DNA of 64,000 nucleotides from Perkinsus olseni. Lineage: Eukaryota. The stretch lies in NCBI GenBank assembly GCA_013115125.1, contig JABANN010000035.1:1-64000 (forward strand), read 5' to 3'. Position 1 is the first letter of the stretch, and every line of letters starts with the position of its first letter. Below, piece after piece: positions 36,858-51,413 of this stretch. Both the position numbers and the translations under genes were made by a program. The notes beneath the pieces are model-generated. The model was given only the letters and a program-made list of their open reading frames with translations, did no database searches and had not been told where the DNA came from.

Positions 36858-37829
36858 TCAAAAGCTCGGCAGTAGAGCCCGCTTAGGGAGAGGCACAGCA
36901 GTGGGGCCGTCATCGCTAACTCTTTCGACAGGGAACCGAAACCCTTGAAGGGGTAAGATGACAAGGTCCGGGGTTGCGAATGTTATCCTTGAGAAATCGC
37001 CTTCCATCAGGTGAAGCTCGGGGCAGTGTTCCTCCACATTTTGGTAGAAGTGCTCCACTGAGTCACCTCCCTTAGAAGATAGACCGAAGCTCAAGTTGAG
37101 TGGCCCCTGAACTAACCGTCTCTGAGTGCCCGATTTATCTGAAAGGTTCTAAACGATAAGTGTCACTTCTGAAAATCCGTCCCTAAGTGTTAGTGGTAGT
37201 GGCAGTTCACTGGCGGTCATGTGAAAGAGGCCCCAGAGCTCTACCCAAGGTTCCTACGTTAGCGCTCTTGTGTTGGCTCTTCTCACGAGCAGAGACGGCT
37301 TTTTCTGAGAACCACTGGCAACTGTTTTTGAACTACGGACGGTTTCATAGGACGACTCATGTAAGAACTTCATGAGCATGTCCAGTGAGTGTATGCGACC
37401 AAAACGTGGGCCTCCTCCGGGGCTCTCTGCAGGCGAGCTTATTGAGTGCAGACTGATGCATTGGATCGAGAGTCGTTCCTAACGGCGGTTGATCGTTGTC
37501 TATATGCTTGCCTTTGATAGTCGATGCATATTCGATGGTAAGCGTCTCTCCGAGAGGTACTCTCGTGGGACTTACGCAGTGAGTAGGGCTCAGGTTCAAG
37601 TTGAACGTCCAACCAGCGGTGTTGAAGTAGCTGCCATTGCCGGAAAAGTGGACGGCTGTCATGTCAGCTATGTTCTTTTTCTGAAGTGTAGTCCGGAAAG
37701 AGGACTATCAGCCTCCCCTACGTTAGCAAAGTTGGATACACGAACCTTACAAGGGATTTCCCGTTTTGTGTCTGCGTACACTAGCACGCAAACGCACAAC
37801 AGCGGAGGAGGCGCCTCAGTACAGCCATG
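36858..37829 (-). pseudogene. Decayed third member of the secreted family seen at 32456 and 43445
   Basis: C-terminus VEEHCPELHLMEGDFSRITFATPDLVILPLQG matches IEKACPHLHAQEGDLSTIAFAHAKLIIITLGG; upstream part is broken by frameshifts and stops. Confidence 0.55.
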
Positions 37830-38410
37830 AGCCCTACCACAATGGTCCGCTGTCGGCCGACAACTACACATTGCTGGATGATCCTTCTCTTGAAGGGAAG
37901 TAGAGACGAGGATTCAATGTGGACACTCGAGTGCCGCTTATGGTATGACGGGCCGAGGGAAGCATGGTAGAGGTGGTATGGGATGTAACACAGCGGCAGC
38001 AGAGCCTCTGCTCTCGCTGTGTTACATTCTCTGCTGCAGAGGCCGAGTCAGCCCGTTGGAGTGTTGAGGGCGCTGTGGATTCAATGGAACACCGCCGGTG
38101 TTCCCGGAATGGTGCTTCACCGGTGCTAGGTCCTTTCCTGTCCTAATCATTTCCCTGCCTGTCGTGATGCTGATGTATGTCGAAGTTCTGAGCAGCTCAG
38201 GATTCCCCAAGCGGTTCCGCTCGAGAAGTTGAGTAGGAATGTACCGAGTAGCACGGACGTCGGTGATTGAGTCGTTGATCACTACTGTACGACACCTGTC
38301 ACCATAGGAACTCTTCCAAGGATGCACAGCTTCTTCCTCGAGGTTGAGCCAAGCCGTCTGTTCGCTTATCCTACTGTAACAGGTGTTTGCCGTAACACTA
38401 CTCCCCTCCA

Positions 38411-40940
38411 ATGGCGGCCACCTTCCGGGGGCTTCTGCGGACGAGTGGGCCGCCCCTTCTCAATCGGAGTGCCGCTTCGATAGCCCGCAAGGCAGGCTCG
38501 GAGCAGCTCAGCCCGACCGTAGAGGACACGACAGTTGTCACTAACAAAGAACTAATTAGTCGGCTTCTCAACAAAATTCGGAACATGACAGCGAGGTAAA
38601 GACGGCGGGCAGATGAGCCACTGCAGGCTAGGGCTATGATTTCAGGAACCACGATCCTTCAAAGGTTGCATGGACACGGACACTGGAAGGGTTTATGGTC
38701 GGACCACTGCTGGGGGTCACTTGGCAGTGTTTGTCCACTAGGTTAATACTGATGACGCGGGCAACGCTGACGCCCCTGAGGAAGACCTGAAGCCGTTGAT
38801 GTCCCGAATGACGGTGTGGGACCTGGTGGAAGTCCTCGACATCATGGCGAGGCACTCACAGTGCAACGCTCAAGTCAAGAGGTGCTATGCCGCCATCGAT
38901 TGGACTTTCTACTTCTCTTACTAGATACCACACCTTTCTCACCAAACTCGCCGAAAGACTTCTGGATCTCCACAGCACCGCCCGGGCTTATGCCACTGAC
39001 GGCAATGTTCTGGCCTCGTCTGCAGCGGCTTTGTTTCGGCCTCGGGAAAGTGAGTGATCTGCTGGACTGTCGGAGTCCGCCACTGTTGCCCTGCACTCAG
39101 CGTTCACCCCCGATATTTGTGTAGCAGCCTGCCATGCTCTCGTCACTATCGGAATACATGTAAGGAGAGACCAACAGCTGAGGCTGCTCCACTGAAGGGT
39201 CAGGTGCGAGACACACTGTATTTGACATCATTTGGCAGCGACCCTGAGGGGAAGTTTCAGAAAGCACAGCGAGCGGCTGCCGGCCTGTACGTCTCTCTAC
39301 TCCCAGTAAGGCAGGACACCTTCCGACTAGGATGAGACCTTCATGTAGATGGCTTTGGGCTGCGTTACGGAGATACCGAAATCCTCACCACCTCGTGGGC
39401 GGAGATCCTCGACTCGCGTACAGGAGGAAGTCCGGCCCACACTGTCAGAGCATGGCAGACGTCGACTTCTGTAGGAAACTCGCTGACCAGTACATGCCGT
39501 ACATGTGCCACCCAGATACACTATAGCGTTACTAGCATTACAACCAGAGTTGCCTCCAGTGGTACTGGCAGCTGTGACGAGGGCCAACGATCAGCTGCGT
39601 GATCTATCCAGATGGTGTCTCTATGACTTGGCGAAGGATAGTGATGTGAAAAGCAAGGCCACGACGGTAGCGTCTTCTTGGCGGCCCTTCAACAGCCCTG
39701 TTCTCAGATATTCTCCCTCGGTGTCCTCTCGAGGCTACAGTTCATACCGCAGGAGTACCCTCATCAGCAATGGCCTGATAAAAGTGTTCGAGTAGCGCCA
39801 AGTAGCTCTCCTAGGGCCTCCGCGATGGGACTCCCTCAGTTGCCCACTATAGTGAGGAGGAGTGCCTCTGAGCTTGACGTTGCTCGTAGCCTCGAGAAGG
39901 CGGCTCAGCCACAGCATGACAACTACCAACTAGATCGACAAGTGAAAGTCGTAAGTCTTGGTCATCGACGCTCCGCTCACTGCCCCGCTAGGTGGATCTG
40001 GTGCGACTCTCGATCGGCCTAGAGCTCCTGCAAATTCCCGCTGATACCTCCCTGGTCGCTGCAGTGCAACGAGAGGTTGAGGAAGCGGTGAAATCGTCAC
40101 ACTGTGAGTCCTTCTCAACACCTGTCGGTGATGCCGTTGTTTCCAGCCGCGGTCAGCGGGGCTGTGCCCGCCCTCTGGTGGACAACACAGATCGTTCGTC
40201 GGACACGGTATCCGATGATACCGTTATGGCACAGGCAATGTCTCAACGACATAGATCATCTCAAGAAAACTGACAGATGGAAAGTAGCCGGGCCCAGGCC
40301 TCACTCAGCCCATTGTCATTCCATCAGGCGTCATTAGCGCTCACGGCTACCCTCAATGCTTTGGCCGGCGTCAACGACCAACAGCATCAACCCCTTTGGG
40401 ATGAGGTTGATTCCGACGTCACTTCCTTCAGTGAAGCGGACGTAGTGATCTCGAGCTGCGGTGCAAAATCAGATTCCCTTCGTTTCTGGTTGACAGATGA
40501 ACTTCCTCAAGTACGTGTTGTCTCACAACTCGTATCAAATGCGGCATCGAGAGCAAGTGTCTTGGGAGATCAACATGATGGGGGTAAAGAAAAAATACTT
40601 CAAGAACCCTGTAAGTGTGATGAAGAATTCTCACGATGATTCATGAGGTTGTCTTGGGAAGTTTCCGTTATGCGTTTCTGTGTAGCTGGCGTAGAGTTGA
40701 CAAGTTCTTGCCAGTGGAGGTTATCAATACTGTCAATTGCCACGCGTCGCGCATACGGTTTCAGAAACGGTTCGCACCATCTCGCCGAGCGAAACGTAGA
40801 ACGGCACGAACGCGATTCTCTTACGATGCCTATGAGAAGCCTCGTGAACAACGACGCTGCAGAACATTGATGGAATCGGGGCAAAGGGTAGTCGTCTTGC
40901 GAGCACTCCGCTAGCTCTTAATAGGGCTTTGAGACCAGCA
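38411..40940 (+). CDS. Multi-exon hypothetical protein, possibly organelle-targeted helical-repeat/RAP-like; 3' end approximate
   Basis: Arg-rich N-terminus MAATFRGLLRTSG..., Leu/Ala-rich helical exons with GT-AG breaks, C-terminal LPVEV...RRCRTLMESGQRVVVL weakly like RAP. Confidence 0.4.
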
Positions 40941-42279
40941 TGCACTCGTTGCCAGACGGCACTTCTTCCATCTTGAGGAACTACGCTCGAGCGTGGTGGG
41001 ATTATACGAAGAGTGCATGATAAGGATGTTCTCGAATGCGTATTCTGGAGGGAGGTTTCAACGCACTAGGCCAAGCTACGCCGGGTACAGGGTCAGTGGC
41101 GGCAGCGAGGTGTCACTTGTGGCAAGGAGAAACAGCGCATGATGTGCATGTCGATGTCAATGTGATTTGTTGATACATACGTTTGTACGCTTCTGTTGAC
41201 TGGCTGAGATTTTTGTATAAGCACTCCCCATGAGCCAGGAAAGTCGTTGAGGATCTTTCCGAGTGACACGTAACCCAATGATGAGGGGTGTTCTTACTTT
41301 TCTGCTCGAAGCCACCGCGCCAATGGGCACGGGGTATTCAGCGGAGGAGAGTTGTCACTCGAGATCTCCTGGGTCGAGGACGTGCAGTTCCACGAACCCG
41401 TTCGCCCTCGCCACTCCCATCGCATGAAGGTCGGGTTCGATCTCCATGATGCGTCCGAACTTCCAGAACATAACGAATCGCAGAGTTACTATGAAACATG
41501 GGTTCAGCTTGAATGGTCGACGAGGCCAATTGCGCTGTTCACCCGTCTGCCAAGCAAACTTGAAAGCTTCGCCTTTACCACCGCGAAACGCTAAGCTATC
41601 GGCCTGAATAGGTCTCCTAAAACCTGTGACCTGAGCTGTGCAATCATATGAGATGATGCAGCAAAATCTATCTCGTTATAAATACTAACACATTACAAAA
41701 TCATGTCAGTGTCATGATGCGATCATGACGGGGAACGCACGTGTTCACTGGGACGAACGTATGTACCACGAGCAAAGGCGCACAAAGAGCAAGGTGGGTA
41801 CGTAGCAGCAATGAAGGTAGTTGTCACTATAGCACAACATAGGCGACGTATAGTGAGGACCTCCTCTCAAGGACCAACCGGTCCGCAGTCTGTCAATCAT
41901 CAGAAGTCGCCAATCATGAATTCACGCGAGGCGCGTACCATCGCCTCGATTGTGGCTGTTCTAGGTATCAAACGGGAGACGTCAGAGAAATCGGCAGTTC
42001 GGGACGGCCGCGGCCGTCCTCTGAAGCTTCTTCAGAGGTCTCGACGGACTGCCGAGTGACACGCTTGTTCCGTGTCAAGACTTCCGAGAACTTCTCTGCT
42101 GTGCTTGAGTAGCGTACAGGAACTGACAATTTGCCGACCGTTCCATCCTTTCTACCGCGCTTTTACCCCCCCCCCCTCATGAAGGCCTGGAACTAACCCC
42201 ATCTTTCCACATTAGCGCAGCTGTGATCATATATTCGTGGTGTTACTATGGTGACAGCGACCATTTTCCATGTCATAGA

Positions 42280-42880
42280 GGACGAGTCTGTCGATGGCGT
42301 CCACACCAAACGATTGCGTACAGCTCTCAAGGAGGACCTCGAAATTATCGAGTCACTTCCAAGACCACGATGAGGGCTGTCAATGACAGCCTGTCATCCA
42401 AATTCATCTATGCCTAAATGTCCTCATCGGATCCCACAGTCCTGAGGAGCTCACCCAGATCCTGCTATCAACATGCATGTTCGATGAAGAAAAATTCGCT
42501 ACAGAGGTCTTGGCGCCAAAAACCCGCTGTATCCGCATGTTTGGTGTTGTAGATAAAATGGCCCCTTGGTGGAAGCCTATGAATCTCTCTGTTCTGGCCC
42601 ACCTGGTTGGAAACCTCTCGCGCGGATTCTGGCGATGCTTTTGGAAGCGGAGTGAACAGGGACGCTCTCAGCGTGGTGACTAGCCCAGGATTAGTGACGA
42701 TGCTGACGTGGCGCTCGAGGTTGTTAAAGCTCGAAACGGAGGCGTTCGAGAATCCCAGCCACTAGGATCGACTCCAATCGGAGACAGGAGCGGTTCTACG
42801 GCGCGACTGTGTGAGGATAGTGGGACAAGACCGACTGGGAAGTTGGTGGAGCTGAGCGACCGTCTTCACACCGTCTGATT
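42280..42880 (+). mobile_element. Possible highly decayed LTR-retrotransposon integrase/C-terminal remnant
   Basis: Intronless broken frames: TIAYSSQGG, DPTVL.SP, RGFWRCFWKR, loosely like BEL/Pao integrase C-termini; no intact catalytic motif. Confidence 0.25.
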
Positions 42881-43444
42881 TTATCCCGACTGCAACAAAT
42901 TATAGATTCTTTCGGGCCAATTGTCCATGCCGAGGTGCAAGCCTCGACTCAGGACCCTGGTTAGCGATCCTGAATACTATTCAGTGAATAGCAGGTGGTT
43001 GCGAGACGCGGGTCCATAGGCCTGTAGGAGAGCGAGGCCACTGGTAAACTGTCTTCCTGTTGTCTTCCTGTATCCCTCTCATGGAACTTCTAACCCTTCT
43101 ATGGTAACTGGTCGTAACTGCTAGTACTCGGCTCTGAGTGAACCTTCCTCTGTGCCCTACGCGAAGACCATATATTGACATCGTTGGTGTTACTTTTCTC
43201 TAAAGCCGCCTGAATAGAGGGCCAGTTCGTTCTGTCCTAATGACGAGTGGCTGAAATTCACGCGTGCGTGCGCTTTCGCACGCTAATTCGATCCATACCC
43301 ATGTAGCTGGAAAGAAGGTGTAAGTTGAAACTCATCATTGTGAGTAGTGGAGCATTCATCTGCTTCCACCACTGAGTCCAACGCTTCAGAAATAGATGTT
43401 CCCTTGTAGCTTCTACTTGCTAACTTCTTCACATTCTCTCAAGA

Positions 43445-44215
43445 ATGAGGTTCGTCCGACCTTGCTTGCTCGCCGCTTGGAGTCTCAGTTCTCTGAATGC
43501 TCAGAGCGTCGGCAGGTTTCTGTACTCTTCGGATACCTTCCGTATGGTCTTTGACGTGTAAGAAGGGGCTGAAATTCTCTTCACCTTCGACGTACCAGAC
43601 CAGGAGGTCTTTACGGATGGTTCGTTCACTCACGGTACTCACTCGCTCTCGGCTCCTGGTGATCAAACATACGCCATAGACCTCGGCACTGCACCCGATG
43701 GAGCCCACTCTTGGTACGCGGGTATCGAAGGACTCCTCCCGGGGACTACTTTCGAGAAGGGCGACTTGACTACGGTAACCTACAAAGGCAACGACGTTCT
43801 GTACGCCCAGTTCCAGGGAGAGCAGCTCGAGTTCAGGAGGAGGATATGGTTCCGCGCCACCCCGGGGTTCTACCAGAGCAGCACTGATTCGGCCCAGAAT
43901 GTGACGATAGCATTCACGCGCCACTCGTATGTGCGCCTCAAGGTTTCATGCGGGGAGAGTGATACAGGGCTATTTCTAAGGTATATCGTGGAGGAGGAGC
44001 TACCCCACCGTCACTATGCTGTAGAGTACTCGACAGCCCAGTCCTTCGCTACGCAAGCTGCGGAAATAGAGAAGGCCTGCCCACACCTTCACGCGCAGGA
44101 AGGGGATCTGTCGACCATTGCATTCGCTCATGCCAAGCTCATCATCATCACATTGGGAGGATCCCAAATCACTTTGAGGAACGTGCCCCCGGCCACACCC
44201 TCACCGGCCCTCTGA
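43445..44215 (+). pseudogene. Intronless secreted-family gene with one premature stop
   Basis: MRFVRPCLLAAWSLSSLNAQSVGRFLYSSDTFRMVFDV*(TAA 43559-43561)EGAE... continues in the same frame to 44215; two internally similar halves each ending P-x5-6-GDL.T. Confidence 0.75.
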
Positions 44216-45195
44216 GATGGAGTCCTCTCTGAATATCCGAGAGATTCTGCTCAGCTGTGTCCCTTCGATCCTTCGTATTCACCTAGACGAAGGGATTCTC
44301 GTTTTTTTTCAATTACGATCTTTGCTCATGCTTTCTGATCGTCCGTCGTGTAAGGTCGCTGTTACGCTCATCGGCTCATCATGGTATGGTAGTAGCAGAT
44401 AATCTATATGACGACATCCCAAGCTTCTTCGACTTCGTCTCACCGAGCGATAACCCGCCATCGGGTACAAAATTAGCGACGGCGGCCTCAGTAGTTTTCT
44501 TTTCGAGAGACAAGCCATCCGTTACTAGCCCGGGGGTACAGGTCCTAGCTCCCAGCTGTATAACGCTTTCTTTGTGGAGAACCGCCGCACCGGCGCAGTC
44601 GGCTCGACCGACGTGAAAACTCCTTAGTCTACAGATGTTCATGCTGTTGCGATTGGCTAGTTAACCTCGGTGATACGTCAAGGAAGATGATTCCCGCGTC
44701 AAAAATGTCTATAATGCGGTTCGGCCTTCACGACAGGCGTCAGTAAGCTAATCTAGGATGATAATTCCACTGCTGCGAGGCAAGCCATCACCGAATGACA
44801 TCCGTCATCCATTTGAGAGAATTCCGGCTTAGGCAAAACAGTGGTAATGATACGCACTCGAAGGGATGCTGCACCACACCACTTGCTTGAAGCGAGGGCC
44901 CATCGGAAGGATGCCATCGACGGTGGATTCATCGCAAGCGCTGCTCTCGCTACCTTAGCAGCGCGGACTAATCGGTCGATTTTTCAAGAAGTCGACTTCG
45001 GCAGTTGGACGCGCCGCAAGCGACACGGAGATGACACTAACTCCCTGTTGAGCCCCGAAGCACGCACCTATCTGATGAGGGCAGCTTCTGGCAACTACTG
45101 TGGGTAACGAAACACATCTGAATGGATGATACTATTTAGACCATGAAAACGGGAATTGTCGACATACACGCAGAACAAATCGGTGAATAGAACAA

Positions 45196-46589
<1,394 letters not shown>

Positions 46590-46791
46590 CTAAAGACGAG
46601 ACAGATGCTGGGGGATGCCGGGTTGAAGCACAGTCGGATGAAGCACCCAGTCCCCTCTCGGTGGCCATACTACAACGCGAGACGGTTGAAGCATGGACGC
46701 AACGAGTATACCCTCAAAAGTAGCATAAACCAAATGAGATCTCAGACTGTCTAGCAGCTCCCGCTGCCAGTGTAATGGTGATCAACGGCGA

Positions 46792-47333
46792 CTAGTTGAT
46801 GTACCTGAGGGAGGGTCTGCTGAGCTGGTAAGGGCGGGGAGGGCGACTCACTTCTTGCCGACGCCGTACTTGGTGGGACCATAGAGACGATCAGCTTCGG
46901 CTAACCTCTTCCTCTGGGACTCCCACAACGGACGAATTTGCTGAGGAGAAGAAGAATCTTCGCGGTGCGTGAAGATACGTCTGACTTACCCAAGCACCGA
47001 AGAAGGCCCACCAGAAGAAATTGAAGGCGCAGAACATGGCAAACCCGAACCAGGGGTTACGATTCTGAGAAGCATGCTTAGTGATTACATACCGTATCTT
47101 AGGGTTGACCGTGGAAGATACGAATCCGGTCAACATCTGTGACCCTCTCTGGCCTCAACACTCACTTGAGTGAAAAAGTCCATAAGCGGCTGTGGCTTGG
47201 GCATATCACCATAGTCCCCAGAAGTGAGTTCAGGGTTAAGACCTCTCTCGAAGGTCGGAGTGTACTTCCAACGACGCGTCACCATGGTGGCCATCATAGG
47301 CCTTCTCGCACATGCTGATGCACGAGAGAGCAT
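46792..47333 (-). CDS. Small probable mitochondrial single-pass membrane protein
   Basis: Transit-like MLSRASACARRPMMATMVTRRW; aromatic TM segment PWFGFAMFCAFNFFWWAFFGAW; spliced end DRLYGPTKYGVGKKYIN*. Confidence 0.65.
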
Positions 47334-47456
47334 AGTGTTACCGGAGTGAGGGATGGTGATAGTTAAGGGACAAAAAGGACATATCTTGCTAACTTACCAA
47401 ATCTTGTTTTTCCTCAACAGCTTTCAAGAGCGCAGTTCTTAGGCCATTCGCTCGTC

Positions 47457-48511
47457 ATGGGAGTGTGCTCATCATCAGCCGCTTCCGAGCACCCTAAACG
47501 TCATGCTGGTGACTCTCCAGAATTCGAGGCTGCCCTAAAGGAGATGGTCAGCCAGTCAAAGGTCTTCACCAGTGTCGTCGTCTACGCACGAGGAGAACTC
47601 GACCTTCACTTCGCCCCCTCCTGTGAGCCCTCTGCACCTTGCCACTCGAACTCGGTCCGCAGGTGACTGTAAGGACCTTCCCACCCGACTGGACTCTGTG
47701 CCAGAGGCTGGTAAATCGCCATCACTGTGATCTCCCTGTCGGCGATGCCGTCCTAAGGTATCATCTTCAAGGGCTCCAACTCGAACCACTTGCTTGAGAT
47801 GACTGACGATGCTGGGCTAGTGTATCAGAGGACCGATACATATCGGTAGCAAGCCACAGTCGGACTCAAATCAAGGATCGAGAGGAGCCCAGGTTCTCGG
47901 TACCCCGGTTCCGTGCAGTATGCACTCTCAAGGGCCGCATCGAACCCAGTGACGTCCTCCAGTATTTATCGGGGAATCTCAAGATGAAAGTATTTACGCC
48001 CGACGGAAGCTTGAGGTGAGTGTGGGCTGAGGGCCTTCTTGTCGCAGAAAGCTCATAGCCCTCTATCGCTCCCAGCTTGTTTCACATATTCAACAGCAGG
48101 TCTCCTATCAGGTATCATGATTTCGCAGTCTCTTTCTTCGATCGACTTCGACTACATTCGGACCCGAACGTTACGCGATTAGTGGTGCATGCTAACGAAA
48201 AGAAGCCGTCTAATGATCGTCCAGTGAAGATCCCGCCGTCTCCGCTGTGAATCGTATGCGTCCTTGAGTTCTCTCGCCGTACTGGTGACATCGCAGACTG
48301 TGATTCGCAGTGGGTCGTTCTCAGGACAGTGGGACGACACGGCGAGCGTGCGCGCGTGTGCATGATCAACTGTTCTCTTAGACGCTTCTCTGAGGATGGT
48401 TACTGGCAGCTCCTACTGTCTCCGAAGTATGTGGTATCACCCGAACTCGACAGGAGTGATACTGATACAAGGCTAATGTTCAATGAATACAGCAGAAACA
48501 AATACTACTAG
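47457..48511 (+). CDS. Hypothetical multi-exon protein with N-terminal MGxCxS acylation-like motif
   Basis: MGVCSSSAASEHPK...; GT-AG interrupted frames; last exon RFSEDGYWQLLLSPKYVV...NKYY*. Confidence 0.55.
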
Positions 48512-49696
48512 CACTAGGGGACAAGTGGATTGTGTCCCTACACAATCACCGTATGGCAACTCAGTTCTGCACAGGAGAGTGAGCACCAACGAAGAGACGG
48601 TGGGGCGGTAGTCCGGTCAGGGCATGGGCTCTGTTCCGGTCGTGCGGTGTGTTTCTAATCCCTCGAAAGATTTCAGGGTCGATTGGTCTTGGAGACAGAT
48701 CGAGTGTGATGCTTGTTTCAACTTCATAAGCGCCACAATTCGGTTGAGGTGCTACACTCATGATAATGCTGATGTAACTGTGGTTAGCCCCGCCCTGGGA
48801 TGCGGGATAACTAACCCTTACGCGTGCGAGACCTCGCCACCAATCAGTTGACGTCCAGCCGCATTCGTTTTTCCGAGTGATCGGTGGGTTTCAGTATGGC
48901 AAACGTTGAACGACGGTACCCGGGTAGCCTTTCGTGCGTGGAAATGAGCTTATGCTCTGGTAACATCTCGCTCGTCTTGGCATATCGATCGTGCTCAAAG
49001 TTTAACTTCCATCTTAGCGCCCCGAAGTGTTTATTATTCCTTTTTCCCCCTTTAGCCGACAAGCTGCATAGAATCAATGAGAGCCGTCGTTAAAGTGAGG
49101 CTGAGCTCTCTGACTAGAATGAAAAGGCTCAACTTCGGTGCTGAGCCGGTGGCTGATTTTACCCTGTCTTCCGCTATGACGCTAGGAAGGGTACAAGAAT
49201 TTGTGTCTGCTGCAGGGTATCTTTCCCACCATGCTTATTGCTGTCGTTAATTGTATTCTGATCGCATCGGTGATTGAGCCAGGATTGGCTCGCCGCCGCT
49301 CCGCTGTCCCGAGTCCAGCTATGAGGTCATTCGGACCATCTCCATATGCGGTTTCAGTCATCGGGCCTCGAGGGTTGAATACCCCGAAGACCGAAGTAGG
49401 CCACCTCAACGCTCCACGTGCTGTTATTTGCATTCTCAGCCGCAGAGGGACAGTCTCGACTTGGAAAGCCTACCGCCTCCCCCTCCTGAGCTGGCTGTTC
49501 CCCCTTCTGAACCTACTGATTCCTCCCCTGAACTTTTTGTACCTCCGTACCAATCACCGCTTTTTCGGAAGTTGAGGAAGTCCGAAGCAGGATTTTCCTT
49601 TCGCCCCCAGTCAGAGGTAGGTCACTCTCACCAATATCGCACTACTGCGGCTTTATTCAGACCTTCGATTCTAGTTCTGACGACGCGTTTACGGCT

Positions 49697-50459
49697 ATGC
49701 AAGTGAGCATCCTCGCCGTCCTGCTGGCCGTATCCTTTGTGTCATCAGGAAGACATTGTGTTATTGAAGCAACGCGTCGATATCTTGGAGAGGCAGTCCT
49801 ATGTAGGCTCTCGGCCCCGGTGAGTTTTGTTTTAGCACTCTCACGACATGCGGAAGGTACATGCTGAGATCCAAGCTACCGCCGATAATGAGTGTGTTCG
49901 GGAAGCTGGCCCATGGGACTTCCACGTTGCTATGAAAAAAGATCATGATAAGTTCTGCTTCGAATTGCATCATCCCGCCGAGCAGAAAGTCGCTATCGAG
50001 TAAGTGACGGTAGAAATCTATCATCTCTGTTCACAAATGCCGCTCAGGTCCAAATGCAGCAACAAAACTGGCGATTTCCTTGCGGTTACTGTCGGGAATG
50101 AAAATGTTAAAGAGAAGAAGGATGTTCACAAGGCCAAGGAGCACTTCAAAACTCTAGATCCCCTCCATCACCTTTCTGTTAAAGAGATCGCTGAAGTGAA
50201 ATCCCTGTTTCCGATCCCTAAAGGCGACCACCACCGGTGCGCGGCTCTGTTCGACTTCATGGCTATTCGCCCACCGAGAGGCGTGGCGAAGGGTTATGAC
50301 TGGATTAGGGACTATTACTTTGAGAGAGCTCAAGATGGAGGCGATTTGATTGCTGGTTGGAATGCCAGGCACGGCACGCTCCGTAGAAGGAAGAGCACAC
50401 TTCGCAGGAAACCGTCGCAAGTTGGAAAACGTAAGCCGAAGAAAGAAGAACCCAAATAG
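49697..50459 (+). pseudogene. Frameshifted intronless secreted-protein gene with basic C-terminus
   Basis: Signal peptide MQVSILAVLLAVSFVSSG, broken middle, open 3' frame ...CAALFDFMAIRPPRGVAKGYDWIRDYYF...RRRKSTLRRKPSQVGKRKPKK. Confidence 0.45.
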
Positions 50460-51413
50460 TAATCCTATTTATAATCATGATGTGTGTATGCTGTTAGATG
50501 TTCCAATCAATAATTTACTGCTAGTCATGAGTTACCAGTTATCACAACAACCCGGTGCATCCTATCACTCGTTCGGGCCCGTCCCAGAGACGCGTCCCAG
50601 CACGACCAGCCGATACGAGTAGGGCCTAGTCACAGGCATATCCGATGCTCAGGGACTGAGCAGATCTGCTCTCTCGCGGAGGTCGTTGGTCATCTAGCGA
50701 TGGCGATGACGAAAGGGAATCATTGACGGAAAGCAGGCAGAGTGCCTGCAAACGTGGACCAGTACGTGCCTCTGATGAAGAAGGATATTTTGTGGGACGA
50801 AAGTGCACGGAGACGTGCTTCGCTAGCCGGGTAGCTTTTGTCGAGGAGGAATTGGTTGGATCCCAGGCAGCACGATTCAACTGTAACACCGCTCGCCTTG
50901 TGAAGGGTAACTCTGAGGGCGAGTCTATCGCCGAGGCCTGTATGAGTTTGAAGTCCAACGACGACAGTACGGTTTGGAATGAGGGATGTGTGTTTGTTTG
51001 TAGATCCTCGGTAATCTACGAAGCCTTGCTGTCTTATTTTCCTCGATACCCAGCCGGAGACTTCCAACTCTAAACATTCAGTTCTCGGCGAGCTTTCATC
51101 CACACCGGAGTGGATCCACACTCTTAGCGACTTTTCGTGAACCACCACCCTTGCGTTTCTCCCCGTTCCATCAGAGGCAATACGTCACGTGAATTATTCA
51201 CCCTCTGGGTAGTCTCAAAGGACCCAACCTTAACAACTTAACTTTACCGTGCAGCGCACTCATATGGCAGTTGCTGTTCGAGCAGTCGTTCACTAGGGAG
51301 TGGTTCATCGCTTTTGGAAAGGATTCCGAGTGTTACCCAGTTCATGCAGGGTTCAGCGAAGAGGCTCATAGACTGTATCACGCAACAACCTGCAAACTGA
51401 AGTTCAAGCTGTA

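Noticed and set aside
41433-41445. GGGTTCGATCTCC and similar partial B-boxes (33070, 47941, 24740)
   Set aside because: They lack the full consensus or tRNA-like register and mostly fall in coding-like sequence
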